The notes beneath the pieces are model-generated. The model was given only the letters and a program-made list of their open reading frames with translations. It did not search any database and had not been told where the DNA came from. Positions 39,940 through 52,814 of a DNA stretch of 64,000 bases are shown one piece after another. A program made the position numbers and the translations under genes. Every line of letters begins with the position of its first letter. The first letter of the stretch is position 1. The stretch comes from Octopus sinensis (taxonomy: Eukaryota), in NCBI RefSeq assembly GCF_006345805.1, contig NC_043001.1:73222001-73286000 (forward strand), in the 5' to 3' direction.

Positions 39940-40965
39940 AAATACTGTGTCATTCTGAAACTAGAGCATAAATTCAAACACTGCAATACCAGGAAAGTTG
40001 GAGTATAAACACAAAGACTGCAATATCCTGAAAGGTGAAACATGAACACAAACATTGCAATATCCTGAAAACTGGGGTATAAATGCCAGCACTACAATAC
40101 TCTGAAAACTAGAGTATAAACACAAACACTGCAATACCAGGAAAGTTGAGATATAAATGCAAACACTGCAACACTAGAAAAGCTAGGATATAAACACAAA
40201 CCCCCAACACCCTCTTGAAAACTGGGGTTTAAACATAAACACTGCAATACCTTGAAAACTGGGGTATAAGCACAAACACTGCAATGCCCTGAAAGCTGGG
40301 GTATAAACACAAGCCCACAATACCCTGAAAACTAGGGTATAAATATAAACACTGCAACACCCCAAAAACTGGGGTATAAACACAAACACTGCAATGCCAG
40401 AAGAGTCAGGGTATTAACACAAATCCCCAATATTTTGAAAACTGAAGTATAGACATAAATACTGCAATACCCTTAAAACTGGGGTATAAATATAAACACT
40501 GCAGTACCCCGAAAACTGAGGTGTAAACACAAAAACTGCAACACCCTGAAAACTGGGGCATAAACACAAACACTGCAATGCCCTGAAAGCTGGGATATAA
40601 ACACAAGCCCACAATAACCTGAAACCTGGGGTATAAATATAAACACTGCAACACCCTGAAAACTGGGGTATAAACACTGCAATGCCAGAAAAGTTAGAGT
40701 ATTAACACAAAACCCCAATATCCTGAAAACTGGAGTATAAACACAAACACTGCAATGCCCTGAAAGCTGGGGTATAAACACAAGCCCACAATACCCTGAA
40801 AACTGGGGTATAAATATAAATACTGCAACACCCTGAAAACGGGGATATAAACACAAACACTGCAATGCCAGAAAACCCCAATATTCTGAAAACTGGAGTA
40901 TAAACAAAAAAAACTGCAATACCCTGAAAAACTGGGGTATAAACGCAAACACTGCAACACTCCAA
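39940..40965. repeat. Minisatellite, ~37-bp unit (ctgaaaactggggtataaacacaaacactgcaatacc)
   Basis: More than 25 contiguous diverged units with no unique spacers. Confidence 0.92.
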
Positions 40966-41697
40966 ATGCTAAACAAAACCACACGCTAAATGCCAGGGCA
41001 TAAATGTCACCATACCAGGAAAGTTGGAATGCAAATTTCACCACACTTTGATAGCTGGGATATAAATATGACCACACCCTCAAATAGCAGCAATAGTGGA
41101 GCTAGTAAAGAACTACATCTCTGTAAAGTAGTAAAGTGCATGTATTAGATTAAATTATCAAGCCATCACATGACAGAGGAGGAACATTCCACTAAAATTA
41201 AAACACAGTTTTAAATAGATTTTCTCAGCAGTATATGGGAATGGGAGCATTGTAAAGTGAACATGAACATATATGAAAGAAAGATTAAGTCTCAAACATC
41301 TGAAAGTCTGACATTAGAGGAAATATGTCACAGACAAACAGTTTGTATTAACAACAGAAAAGAGATGTTTACACACACAAACATATATATATATATGTAC
41401 AAATACACACACATATATATATATACATTATATGGGTAACAACTTCATAAAATGCATTTAAAAGCTTCATAAGGTTATCAGCTACCATATGCCATCATAT
41501 AGCAGGGTTATTTCTGTTAATTTGTAGAATTTATATAAAAATTTATACCACATGTAATAAACAGGCTTTAATTATAAATTACATTTGTTTCTCTGCAGTG
41601 TAAACAGCTGCAAGTTGCTGAGTTTTCAGTCTCATATCATAACACAATTTACTTTGTACATTATTACAGAAATAAATATGATCCAGCATACATACAT

Positions 41698-41724
<27 letters not shown>

Positions 41725-41728
<4 letters not shown>

Positions 41729-42495
41729 GTGAGAATTTACAAAAACAGAAAAGACGAAGACGGGTGTGTAAATAACAAACAGATGTATTAGTTTAACGCT
41801 CGAGAAGTGAGAAAGTGCTTTACGTTTCGAGCCTGTGCTCTTCAACAAAAAGGAACACAGAAATAAACAAGAGAAGATACAAAAATTTAGAGGCTAGCAA
41901 TCTATCATGTGTGTGTGTGTGTGTATAAACATGTATGTATATATATATACATACATACACCCCACCTCTACCCCTACCCACAAACCCCAACTCTACCCCC
42001 ACCCTCAGTCGAACCCACACCCCACCCTAGCTTTCTCAACTCTTACCTCCCCCACCTCCCAACATCACACCACACTACACCATACAATATAAACATCACA
42101 TCACAACACACCACACACACACACCCATCCCCACATTTTCACACCTACACATACATACACGCACACATCCAGACCACCAGCCCTCTTTCACATGCACATA
42201 CATACTCTCTTATACACACATGCACCTTCGCGTTGGGGGTCATCTTTACTATGTTATCTCCCCTACATTCCCTCTCGTGTGTAACCCTTCTGTCCGAGTC
42301 AGTCGCCATGATAGATCGTTAGCCACTACACACATTTTTTTCTCTCCTTGTTTTTTCTGTGTCCCTTTCTGTAGAAGAGCGTAGGCTCAAAACATAAAAG
42401 ACTTTTTCTATTCCTGAGCGTTATACTAATAAACCTGTTTGTTTTGTACACCACCTGTCTTCGTCTTTTGTTTTTTCGTAAACTCTCCCTATATA
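41725..42495. mobile_element. Inverted pair of pLTR-like repeats (41730-41909 minus, 42307-42490 plus)
   Basis: The reverse complement of 41730-41909 aligns along its length with 42307-42490. Both carry the GAAGAGC-n4-GCTC-RAAACRTA hammerhead-like core. Confidence 0.7.
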
Positions 42496-42516
42496 CATAT
42501 ATATACATATATATAC

Positions 42517-42576
<60 letters not shown>

Positions 42577-44682
42577 ATATACATATATATCTATTTATAT
42601 ATATATACTCACACACACGCAAAATGGGCTTGTTTTAATGTTTGTGTGTGCCAAAACCACTTACAAGACTGTCAGCCCAGGGTTACAATAGAAAACACTA
42701 GCCCAAAGTCCTGCACTCTGGCAGTGAACCCTAAACCATGTAGTTGGGAAGTAAATTTCTTAATCACACAGCTACACAAGTGCCTCACATCAGAATACAA
42801 AAATTCATTTAAAGAAAAACACAGATCAAGTCCCATTCCAGAGTTCCAACCACTGAAAGAAAATAAGAAAATTGAAAGCTCTCACTAAATTAAAAAGTAA
42901 TCACTAACATGAACTGAATATGCTACCATTAACTTCATTCTACTATGAAGATAGTCTTCTGCTACCCACCCTCATGTGAAGTTACGAAATATAAAGCTTT
43001 GGTTACATACGAAATTATCAATTTCCAAGAAGTATAAAAATAACATCTAATCAGTTCTGTAGAAAAAAATGAGCTCCAGAGAGCTTCCCCAGAACATTAA
43101 AATAGGAAAATGTCTTGTAGAAAAATAATTCAACTAGACACCAATCTTATCCCAAAAATAAACAAATAAAATCAAATCAAAGGACATTTAAAAAAAAAAC
43201 ATGAATTACTCTACTCTGAAATGTTGGACTTATTTTCTCCAAGAACATCAGAGCAAAAAGATTTCTATGAAAAATTTGTTATCTTTATATATAATAGCCA
43301 ATATAAGTGTTGTTTGTTTGATTTCTTCAGTCACACTTTACATCATATAAAAAGAGTGGGAGAGAAAATATAAGAGATATAGAGAGAGTAAGCATAAGGG
43401 ATGCAGAATGAATGCACATGCTAGGCATGATGGTAGGAGGAAGTATGAGGATAAATGATACAATAGTAATGGGATGAATATGAATGAGAATGAGAATTTA
43501 TTTCATTGAATTTTTTTTTTAAGGTAATTTTTTTTTGTGTGTTTTTTGAAAATGAGTATTCATTTCATCATTTTGTATAAGCGCATAAAATGTAATTAAA
43601 GTGAAATTATGCTTATTGTGTTTATGTTATAATTCCCAATATTACTCACAGTGGCAAAAGTATACTTTCGAAGTTATCCATCATATAACAAGTAACACTA
43701 ATTAAATCTTATAATTAACTATTTTCAACCAGCAAGAATTTTACAAAAAACAAAAGCTTTTTTTGGCAAAATTGTCATTTATTATCATAATTTTGGGGGA
43801 TAATGAATTTCTAGATTGTCTAGAATACACACAAAACCAGTTTGGTACACATAAAACCAGTTTGGTAAGTTAAGACAATAAAAGTATAATTTATAGAACT
43901 ATGTTATTAAAAACAATGGGACTAACAAAATGCATTTTGCTTCTATGATTATCTGATGTCATATTAAAAGAGGAATTTATAGTTAGTAACTGTAGTTGTT
44001 GTAACTGTACAATATCTCACAATATAAAATTAGGTGGGGTCTCCATAATGGCATATGTATAGGATGGGTAAGATTTTTTTGACTAACAGTGACCTGTGCA
44101 TACAGGATTCCCCTCTCTATGCAGGTTAGGTCAGGCAAAGTGGGGCATGCAACATTCTAGCATATTTCTGCATTCACTATCTGTTTGTATATTCCTGGGC
44201 TTTTATAGGTGATCCATTGAGAAGAGTCCCAGTCGGTCCATGTATTCACAAGATACCTCCTCATCTGCTGTGACCATGTGGTAGGAAGTCAACCAACAAG
44301 AGCTGTCAATCCAGCCAGATCCTCAGTGAAGAGAACATAGTAAGCAGGGTCTTATTGTGTTCTTTCCATGCCATCGATAATTATTGGTGCAAGAAGAGAA
44401 GTGAGTCACCTACTTGGGCAAAAACAACTTCAACTTATCCCCAGTGTCATCACAGGTGTTGCTGCCAGAATGCAACAAGCCAGGACAACCACTGCAAGGA
44501 ACCTTGTCTGACTCTTCAACAGTTCCACCTATGAACTCACCAAAGAATAAAAGGCAAAGAATAAAAGGCAAAGTTGACCTAGGCATGATATAAACTCAGA
44601 ATACAGAACAAATACAGCAAGACATTTTCTTTTTCAATGTTCTAAGGATTTGGCTAATTATCACTTGGTTAGTACTATCACT

Positions 44683-44778
44683 CTAAAACCCTAACCCTAA
44701 AACCCTAACCCAAACCCTAAAACCCTAACCCTAAAACCCTAACCCAAATCCTAAAACCCTAACACCCTAACCCTAAAA
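44683..44778. repeat. Interstitial telomere-like tract (CCCTAA / CCCTAAAA mix)
   Basis: aaaccctaaccctaaaaccctaacccaaaccctaa...; reads as TTAGGG variants on the minus strand. Confidence 0.85.
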
Positions 44779-46016
44779 TCTTAAAGCTAAAACCAGTACA
44801 AACGTACAAACAATGTCATAAATAACAGTGACAAACGAAATATACACTGCCGATAGTTGATGTTGACAAACAATGGCAGTAATTTTATTCAGCTGAATAC
44901 ATGTCATTGATTGGTTGAAAGTACCGAAATACGAGAACTTTAACATGAAATAACTTTGAAAATATAAACTTTTCTCAACAACACTAAGACTAAAAGATGT
45001 TTTATATGACACATTCTACCAGTGTCCGAAGTTTAGTTACAAAAAGTTTATTTCTCGATCTGCTGTTCAAAGGGTAAAGATTCCATTACAGATATATTAA
45101 TCACTTGGTTAGTACTAACACTAGGTATATATTATGTAGGCAATAATATATTCACCCAAAAAGATTATAACCATATGCGCTCACATGCTTCAATTTTGCA
45201 TTTGTACATATATTTACTTGACTGCTGACATATACCAATGCTTTCTCCCATAGTTTTTATGCATAGTTTTCTAACATTAATAAAATTATCAGCATTTTTG
45301 ATGACATAAGTATGATACTATATATATAGAGAGATAGAGAGACAGACAGACAGACAGACAGGCCGACAGACAAACAGATAGACAGACAGAGAGTGAGAGA
45401 GAGAAAGAAAGAGCTTAGGCATAGTGATGCTAATAACCAATTGTTAGTGCACAATACTCATATGCTTTAGAATAAAGCATTGAGTACAGAGCATAATATT
45501 AATAACTGACAGAGAATAGGAATTACATAACTAACTTCACTACCGTCACCAATAGACAGTGCAAAAAATTCCCCATTTTTCATTATAGTATCTGATTGGG
45601 TCCCTGTCTCACAGATGTCATAAAATTATTAACAGAATAAAAAAAATGTCACATATGTTATTGACTTGGGAATAGATTTTGCTCAAAAGAAAACCATTGT
45701 TAGAATTAATTTAATGAAAACGTTTTTAATTTGGGTCATCTAAATATATGAATATATTTGTAATTCTTTTCAGAATGCAAATTAAAGCAAAATGAAATGA
45801 AAGATATTTCAACATATAATGATAGGTTTTTAATAGAAATATTTAATGAAGAATTAAATGACAGACACTTGGTTCATCTATTCACATCACAACATTCTTA
45901 AATAGCATTAATGAACTCGTTATCTGAAAAGTATGACATATTAAATGCATTTTAACTATTCATAATTTGCTTGTGAGCATGGTATGTAAAATGAATTCAA
46001 GTTACAGTACACAACC

Positions 46017-47913
46017 AGTGCCATGTCTTTTGGTCTGACATCACTTCGTCAAACATCTTTTCGTCCACATCTTTTTGTCTGATGATTTTTTTGTCCAATG
46101 ACTTTTTGTTCAATTTTAAATAAACTCTTTAGAAAACAAGGGGAAATATCTCTAATGATATATTCACAGAACTATAACGAGCCTCGTTATAGGATTGTTA
46201 TTATCATTCTTTTTCCTTCTCTGTTAACAGTTTTACTTTCTCTTTTTCCTTCCCTTTCTTATGTATGGTGCTGTGTATAGAGAGTGCTGTAAATTTAGTG
46301 TACACATTTTTAATTTACCTATCCCAAAATGACAAAGTTCATAGTTTTGACCAAAAACAAAAGAAATGTAGTTGATGAAAGGAATTACATCTACGATTTT
46401 CATTTAAGCAATACAAAACTAGGAAAAGAATACTGGAGATGTGAGAAAAGAAGGATGTGTTCAGTGTAAATTCACACAGTAACAAAAAAACAATGAGTCG
46501 AAAATTATTTATTTTTCTAGTGAGCACCTTCATCTAGCTGATGTAAATTCATTAAGTGCTAGAAAAGCAGCTGCAGAAATAAAGCATGAAGCGATGGAAA
46601 ACATAGCAGCACGTTTACATTGCATAAAAGCAGCTATGTTTATGCAGCTAACAGAAAATACTTGCTCTCAACATCCTCATTTGCCCTGTACTTTCAAGGA
46701 CTATTCAAAGGTGTCAAACAAAAAAATTCTGGATTTCCTGCTAATACAGGGGCTAGAACTGATTTTGAAATACCTGAAGAATATGGTAAATTTGATAATG
46801 GCGAACAGTTTCTGAGATATGATTCAGATATCGAGGATCAACAGCACATCAGAAAGTGCTCTTCAGGATATAGCATCATATCATCATTGGGTATGTGATG
46901 GAACATGTAGCTGTTTTCCACGGATCTTTGCATTACTGCCGAATAAAACAAAGCAGACATACAAATTATTTTTCGAGTAATTGAAAATTATGCAACCTAA
47001 TGCATATCCACTTGAACTCATGGCAGATTTCGAAGTTGCAGTTCATAAGGCATTTAATTTATCATTCCCCAACTCATCTACATGTTTGTTTCATTTAAGC
47101 CAATTAGTATTTTGAAAGATTACAGATTTAGGCCTCAAAAAAAACAATACCATAAAGACTCTGAATTCTGTCTTAAAATTCAATGTTTTTCAGCATTAGC
47201 CTTACTAACCATTGAAGATGTCGAAGAGGCCTATGAAGAATTAGTAGATGATGAAGAAATACCTACTGAATTCGTCACTTACTCAACTTGACTTACATAG
47301 GTGTTGTGAGAGAATGTGGCGCTAGACAAAAGAGAGAACCACCTACATTCCTGATAATTGTATGTAATGTTAATCAGCATATCTTTCAAGATCTTCCCAG
47401 AATAAATAATGCTGTGGATGGGTTTCATTTCACAATAAAGCTTTCAGCAGGTGGAGCACATTTGAACATATGGAAATTAATCAAAACTCTGAAGGAAGAG
47501 GAAAGGTTTGTTCAAGGTAAGATGACTCATATTCTTCAAGGAGATCCATTAAATTCATGTACACAATATCGAAGAATAACCGAATGCCTCAAAAGATTGC
47601 TCATTGAATATAGGCCAACAAGAAAAATTGATTCTTTGAAGTGTGTGGCATATAATTTGCATCAATTTTAAGTGATCATAATAAATCATTAGTTATATCT
47701 TATTACTTTTTTAAAATGGCTTTTTTTAAATACATTTTGCCATAGTATTTTACTTGAATCCTATCAATAAAATTCTCAATGATTATTTGATTTTGATGTT
47801 CACCTTGTTTTCTAAAGTGTTTATTTAAAATTGGACAAAAAGTCATTGGACAAAAAAAAGACATCAGACAAAAAACGTGGACAAAGTGACATCAGACAAA
47901 AAGTTGGGTTGCA
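46017..47913 (+). mobile_element. Decayed MULE (Mutator-like) transposon with FLYWCH-type zinc finger
   Basis: ~120-130 bp TIRs containing short (ttttgtc) subrepeats; flanking tacacaac duplication (46008-46015 / 47914-47921). Peptides YIYDF..EYWRCEKRRMC, WVCDGT, FALLPNKT..TY, MADFEVAV..AF, CLFHLSQ, PRINNAVDGFH and HLNIWKLI. Confidence 0.9.
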
Positions 47914-48117
47914 TACACAACTAGTTATGTCATGAAACAGAAGTCAAATAAAATCTTCAAAACATTTTAGAGTTAAAAATATAAAAATAAATTACATTTT
48001 ATTTACTGACACATAATATTATTTAAGCATACACATTAATATAATTGTCACTGCATACACACAAACACACACACATCCTTTATTTATGTTTACATCTACA
48101 CTCATACATATGCATCA

Positions 48118-48341
48118 ATTTATGCCCACTTAAATATGGATGTTCTGTTGGAACATACTATACTGTGGTAGATACCATGAGAGAAAATCTAATATTGGCT
48201 TTTGGTGCAAAATGCACTCTTATTTATATCACTAGTAATATAAACAACAGTGCACCAAAAGCCAATATGAATTTCTATTGTGATATCTACCACAGTATAG
48301 TTTGTTCTTATAGAACATCAATGTTTAAGAGGGCCATAAAT
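48118..48341. mobile_element. Foldback MITE with ~90-bp inverted arms
   Basis: actatactgtggtagata...atattggcttttggtgca / tgcaccaaaagccaatat...tatctaccacagtatagt; arms extend outward imperfectly. Confidence 0.8.
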
Positions 48342-48366
48342 ATTACCTCTCAGTAATAATACTGTT

Positions 48367-48439
<73 letters not shown>

Positions 48440-49145
48440 GCCTTCCCCATTCAGAGTGAGCAGCGATGTTCCCAAATAGGCCTGCCCAGTCACAGATGTG
48501 GGACGGAGTTACTGGGTTGTTACCAGGTCCCAGGAAGGCAACCATCTTGCATCTGCTGCCAACATGCAGGCCTGGACTAGGAGCTTCTGGTTTCACCAAA
48601 ACCTGCTCTCACTATCCTTATCCCATCGCCATTGGACTTTTGTAAAAAAAAAAAAGCAGGGGGTAGTAGTTGAATCAAAAACAAACTAGCCAATGGTGTT
48701 TATTTAGAGTGGAGATCTCCTTGCCAAGGGGGTCCATAATCCTTCAGCCATGGTACTACCTGGAGTGACATGCGAGGTCCAGATGGGTTGCAATGGAATG
48801 CCACTAGCTTCAATATCATTAGAGTTGTGTCTTTCTAGCCAGTCCATCTGGCATCTCCCTTTTCCACTAGGATCAATCGTTGAGTTCAGAGATCTAGTTT
48901 CCTCTGCTTGATCCACTGTTGGAGGTCATAGTTTGGTGTGGTGAGGGACAAGGACAGTGGTCCTGTATCCTTGTTTGCACATATCTTGTTTTTAGTTATG
49001 ACACCCTCCTCCAAGATCCAGCAAGCTGAACCAAGAAGGGAACCAGTTTAGTCACCAACAACACAACCATGACTGAGAGAAGCAAGTGTACATTGTTACC
49101 CATTGAGGAAAAGATCTCAACACCATATATATATATATATATATA

Positions 49146-49548
49146 TACTCTTTTACTCGTTTCAGTCATTTGACTGCGGCCATGCTGGAGCACCGCCTTT
49201 AGTCGAGCAACTCGACCCCGGGACTTATTCTTTGTAAGCCCAGTACTTATTCTATCGGTTTCTTTTGCCGAACCGTTAAGTGACGGGGATGTAAACACAC
49301 CAGCATTGGTTGTCAAGCAATGCTAGGGGGACAAACACAGACACACAAACACACACACGCATATATATATATACATACATATATACGACGGGCTTCTTTC
49401 AGTTTCTGTCTATCAAATCCACTCACAAGGCTTTGGTTGGCCCGAGGCTATAGTAGAAGACACTTGCCCAAGATGCCACGCAGTGGGACTGAACCCAGAA
49501 CCATGTGGTTGGTAAGCAAGCTACTTACCATACAGCCACTCCTGCGCC
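49146..49548 (-). mobile_element. SINE family A, full-length copy
   Basis: Reverse complement closely matches 63387-63790. Confidence 0.85.
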
Positions 49549-50580
49549 TATATATATATAAATAAAATAAGGATATTTATAAAATAAATACAGAGAGCAA
49601 ATCTTAGACTGCATTGTAGGTATTCGACATCTACTTCTAGTGCAGGCTGCTAGTCATATCCAGTGGCCCTTAATTATAATTATATTTTATAATTATATAT
49701 TTTTTTAAAAGTTTATTTACATATATATATATATATATATATACTTATTAATTATATACACATATCTATTACTGCACACCTATGATGAGGACATCGTCAC
49801 CATCATCATTTAAAAAATTCACTTTTCCATGCTTGTATGGGTCAGATGGGGTTTGTTGAGACTGATCTTCTATAGCCAGATGCCCTTCCTGTCGCCAACG
49901 CTCACATGATGTTGAGACACGGCAAAAAAAGTACATACAAACACACACGTGTGTATATACACATACACACACACGCAATTGTTGTTTTCAGTTTCCATCT
50001 ACAAAATCCATTCACAAGACTTTGGTTAACTCAGAATTATAGTAGAAAACATTTGCCCGAGGTTTTTATGCAGTTGGACTAAATTTGAGACCACATGGTT
50101 GGGTTGGGAAGCAAGTTTCTTAACCACAAAGCCATGCCTGCACCTTCACATGTATACATAAAGTTACATGTGAATTATGTCATATATGTAACCAGTGCCA
50201 ACTTAAGACATGGGTATAATAAGCATTTGCTCTGAAGAGCCATGTTTTCTAAGTCTTCAGTCTAGGGTCCCCAATATCTAGATGCTCCCAGTAAATTGCA
50301 CTGCCTAAGAATCTTCTGCAATGTCATCAAAATGTTCCTGCAAGTAACCAGAGACATTCTTCCAACTACCATATTTTCCAACACACAAGTTAAATTCTTC
50401 AGAACAAAATTTACAACCAAAAAATGGTAGATAGACTTATACACCAAGACAATTTTGGAGAACCAAAATTTCCAAATGAAATGCAGCAGGCTTTAGAAAG
50501 ACAGTGATGTTGTTTGAATGTTTACTCTACATGTTTACACTACACACTATGTTGATTTGTATGGCAAAAATACAATATTC

Positions 50581-50793
50581 TTTTCTACTCTCGACACAAG
50601 GCCCGAAATTTTGGGGGAGGGGGCCAGTCAATTAGCTTGACCCCAGTACGCAACTGGTACTTACTTTATTGACCCCGAAAGGATGAAAGGCAAAGCTGAC
50701 CTCAGCGGAATTTGAACTCTGTACGTAAAGACAGACGGAATACTGCTAAGCATTTTGCCCAGCATGCTAACATTTCTGCCAGTTCGCCGCCTT
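50581..50793 (-). mobile_element. tRNA-derived SINE family B with perfect 17-bp target-site duplication
   Basis: gcaaaaatacaatattc at 50564-50580 and 50794-50810; B-box-like GAGTTCAAATTCC. Many relatives, e.g. about 710-920, 6170-6360, 21445-21617, 25410-25625, 35985-36170, 52140-52353 and 54400-54613. Confidence 0.9.
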
Positions 50794-51193
50794 GCAAAAA
50801 TACAATATTCACACACTCAATGAAACACAGATTTATAGCAGTCACATGCAAACCAGTATGACTGATAACAAGTACCATGTTTCAGGCAATTGCTTTAGGT
50901 ACATAAAGGTGTGTGGCTTAGTTGTTAGAGGCAGGGCAGTATAGTGCTTGAGTTTCCCAGGTGTCAGGGTTGATCTCAAAGCTTTTGAAGTGCTTTTCCT
51001 GTCCATCTAACATACACACACATACACACACACTCATATATACACTTACACGCACAACACACACATATCTATATATATATATATACACACACTTGTAATG
51101 CTAAAAATAAAACAATAAAACAAGCGCACAACAAAAACAAACCCCAAAACACCTGTTTTGCCCTTGAAGTCAATGAAAATGTGAAATACTTAC

Positions 51194-51271
51194 TGAAGAA
51201 ATATCAGTCTCAAGGAGAGACCAGAATGATTTACAGAACTGAATGTCAGCACTTCTTGCAACGTGAACCAC
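51194..51271 (-). CDS. LIPE: LIPE exon (not in ORF track)
   Basis: ttcttgttctcag|GTG...TCA|gtaagt; 78 bp, phase 0/0. VVHVARSADIQFCKSFWSLLETDISS (HSL: DVHFWKAFWNITE). Confidence 0.92.
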
Positions 51272-51354
51272 CTGAGAACAAGAAAAAAACAATAACATAA
51301 ACTACATCTTAGGACAGAGCCAAACAGATTAAGTACACAGTTAATTGTTTATGC

Positions 51355-51910
51355 ATACATGACTGTGTTGACACCAATGATGAAAATGTTGATGATGACA
51401 ATGATAATAGTGATGATGAATAGAATGACAGTGACAACAATAGCGATTATGATGATAAAGATGATAGTGATGGTGATGACGATGGGAAAGAGGAGGATAA
51501 TGACAATGATTATGAGGGCAAGGATGACAACAGTAATAGTAACTATGGTGAAGACAGTGAAGAGAAACAAGAGAATGATGATCACAAAGATGATTATGAT
51601 GTCAATGACGACTATGATGACGATGATAACAATGATGACAACAATAGTGGTGATGACAATGATCATGACAAAGTGGAAAAAAGACAAAGATAACAACTAT
51701 GATTGTGTTGATGACAATGATGATGACAGTGATGGTAATATTGTAATGATGACAATAATCATCATCATCATCATCATCGTTTAACGTCCGCGCTAAACAA
51801 CAATAAGAAATTCAATGAAGTTAACAATGCTGATGACAATGATGATTATGATGGTAGAGATGACAATGAGGATAACAGTAGTGACGAGAATAATAACAGG
51901 AGTGATGTTC
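51355..51910. repeat. Degenerate (GAT/AAT)n low-complexity tract in a short LIPE intron
   Basis: Trinucleotide periodicity throughout. Confidence 0.85.
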
Positions 51911-51934
51911 TCCACAGTAATAATGGCTACACAC

Positions 51935-52090
51935 CTGACGTGCTCTCAGTTCTGGATCCAATAAATACTTCCCAGTACTCAGTACAGAGTATGCAAACTT
52001 CATAAAATTAGTTGTTTCGTTGTATCCTTCACTGAATGAAGCCAATGCCACAACAACACACAATAATGGCTTCCGCATAGATTCACAAAA
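51935..52090 (-). CDS. LIPE: LIPE exon (N-terminal domain)
   Basis: aaatttcag|TTT...CAG|gtgtgt; 156 bp, phase 0/0. FCESMRKPLLCVVVALASFSEGY...STGKYLLDPELRARQ (HSL: SGRFAIDPELRG). Confidence 0.93.
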
Positions 52091-52774
52091 CTGAAATTTA
52101 CAATAGTAATAATAACAATAATAATAATAATAATAATAATGGTTTCAAGTTTTGCCACAAGGGCTGCAATTTTGGGGGAGGGGATGAGTTGAGTACATTG
52201 ACCCCAGTGTTCAACTGGTACTTATTTTACTGACCCCACAAGAATGAAAGGCAAAGTCAACCTCAGAGAAATCTGAACTCAGAACATAGCGATGAGCAAA
52301 ATACCACTAAGCATTTTGTCCAGCACACTAATGATTCTACCAGCTCACCACCTTAACAACAATAATAATAATAATAATAATTTCTACTATAGGCACAAGG
52401 CCTGAAATTTTGGGGAAAGGGACTAGTTGATTACATCAACTTCAGTGTTTCACTGGTACTTAATATTATTGGAATGGTGTAGTTTAATTGAGACAGCTAT
52501 CATCTTCAAGCAGAGGCAATCATCATGTATATGAGCATATGTATTTTTGCTTATGTTTTTAATTATTTGAAATCTTCCTGTAAGGGAGAAGTTGATTTCT
52601 AACAAAGATACAAAGCTCCATCAAGGGGACGTAAATAACAAAAACAATGTCACATGGTGAATTTAAGAAAAGTCTTGCATGTTCTTTCTGTTCCACTTAT
52701 AGATTGTATTTGTAATGTGCATGTTAACTAGTTGATTTCTGTTTGTGAAAATCCTAACTTTTTCAGATTACATG

Positions 52775-52814
<40 letters not shown>

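Noticed and set aside
39940-40965. Possible CRISPR array
   Set aside because: Units are contiguous with no unique spacers, there are no cas genes, and the context is a eukaryotic intron.
48436-49120. GC-richer segment with short ORFs
   Set aside because: Probably a decayed retroelement, but I found no motif that assigns it with confidence.
51349-51784. Hydrophobic or Met-rich ORFs resembling membrane proteins
   Set aside because: They come from a degenerate GAT trinucleotide tract inside a LIPE intron.
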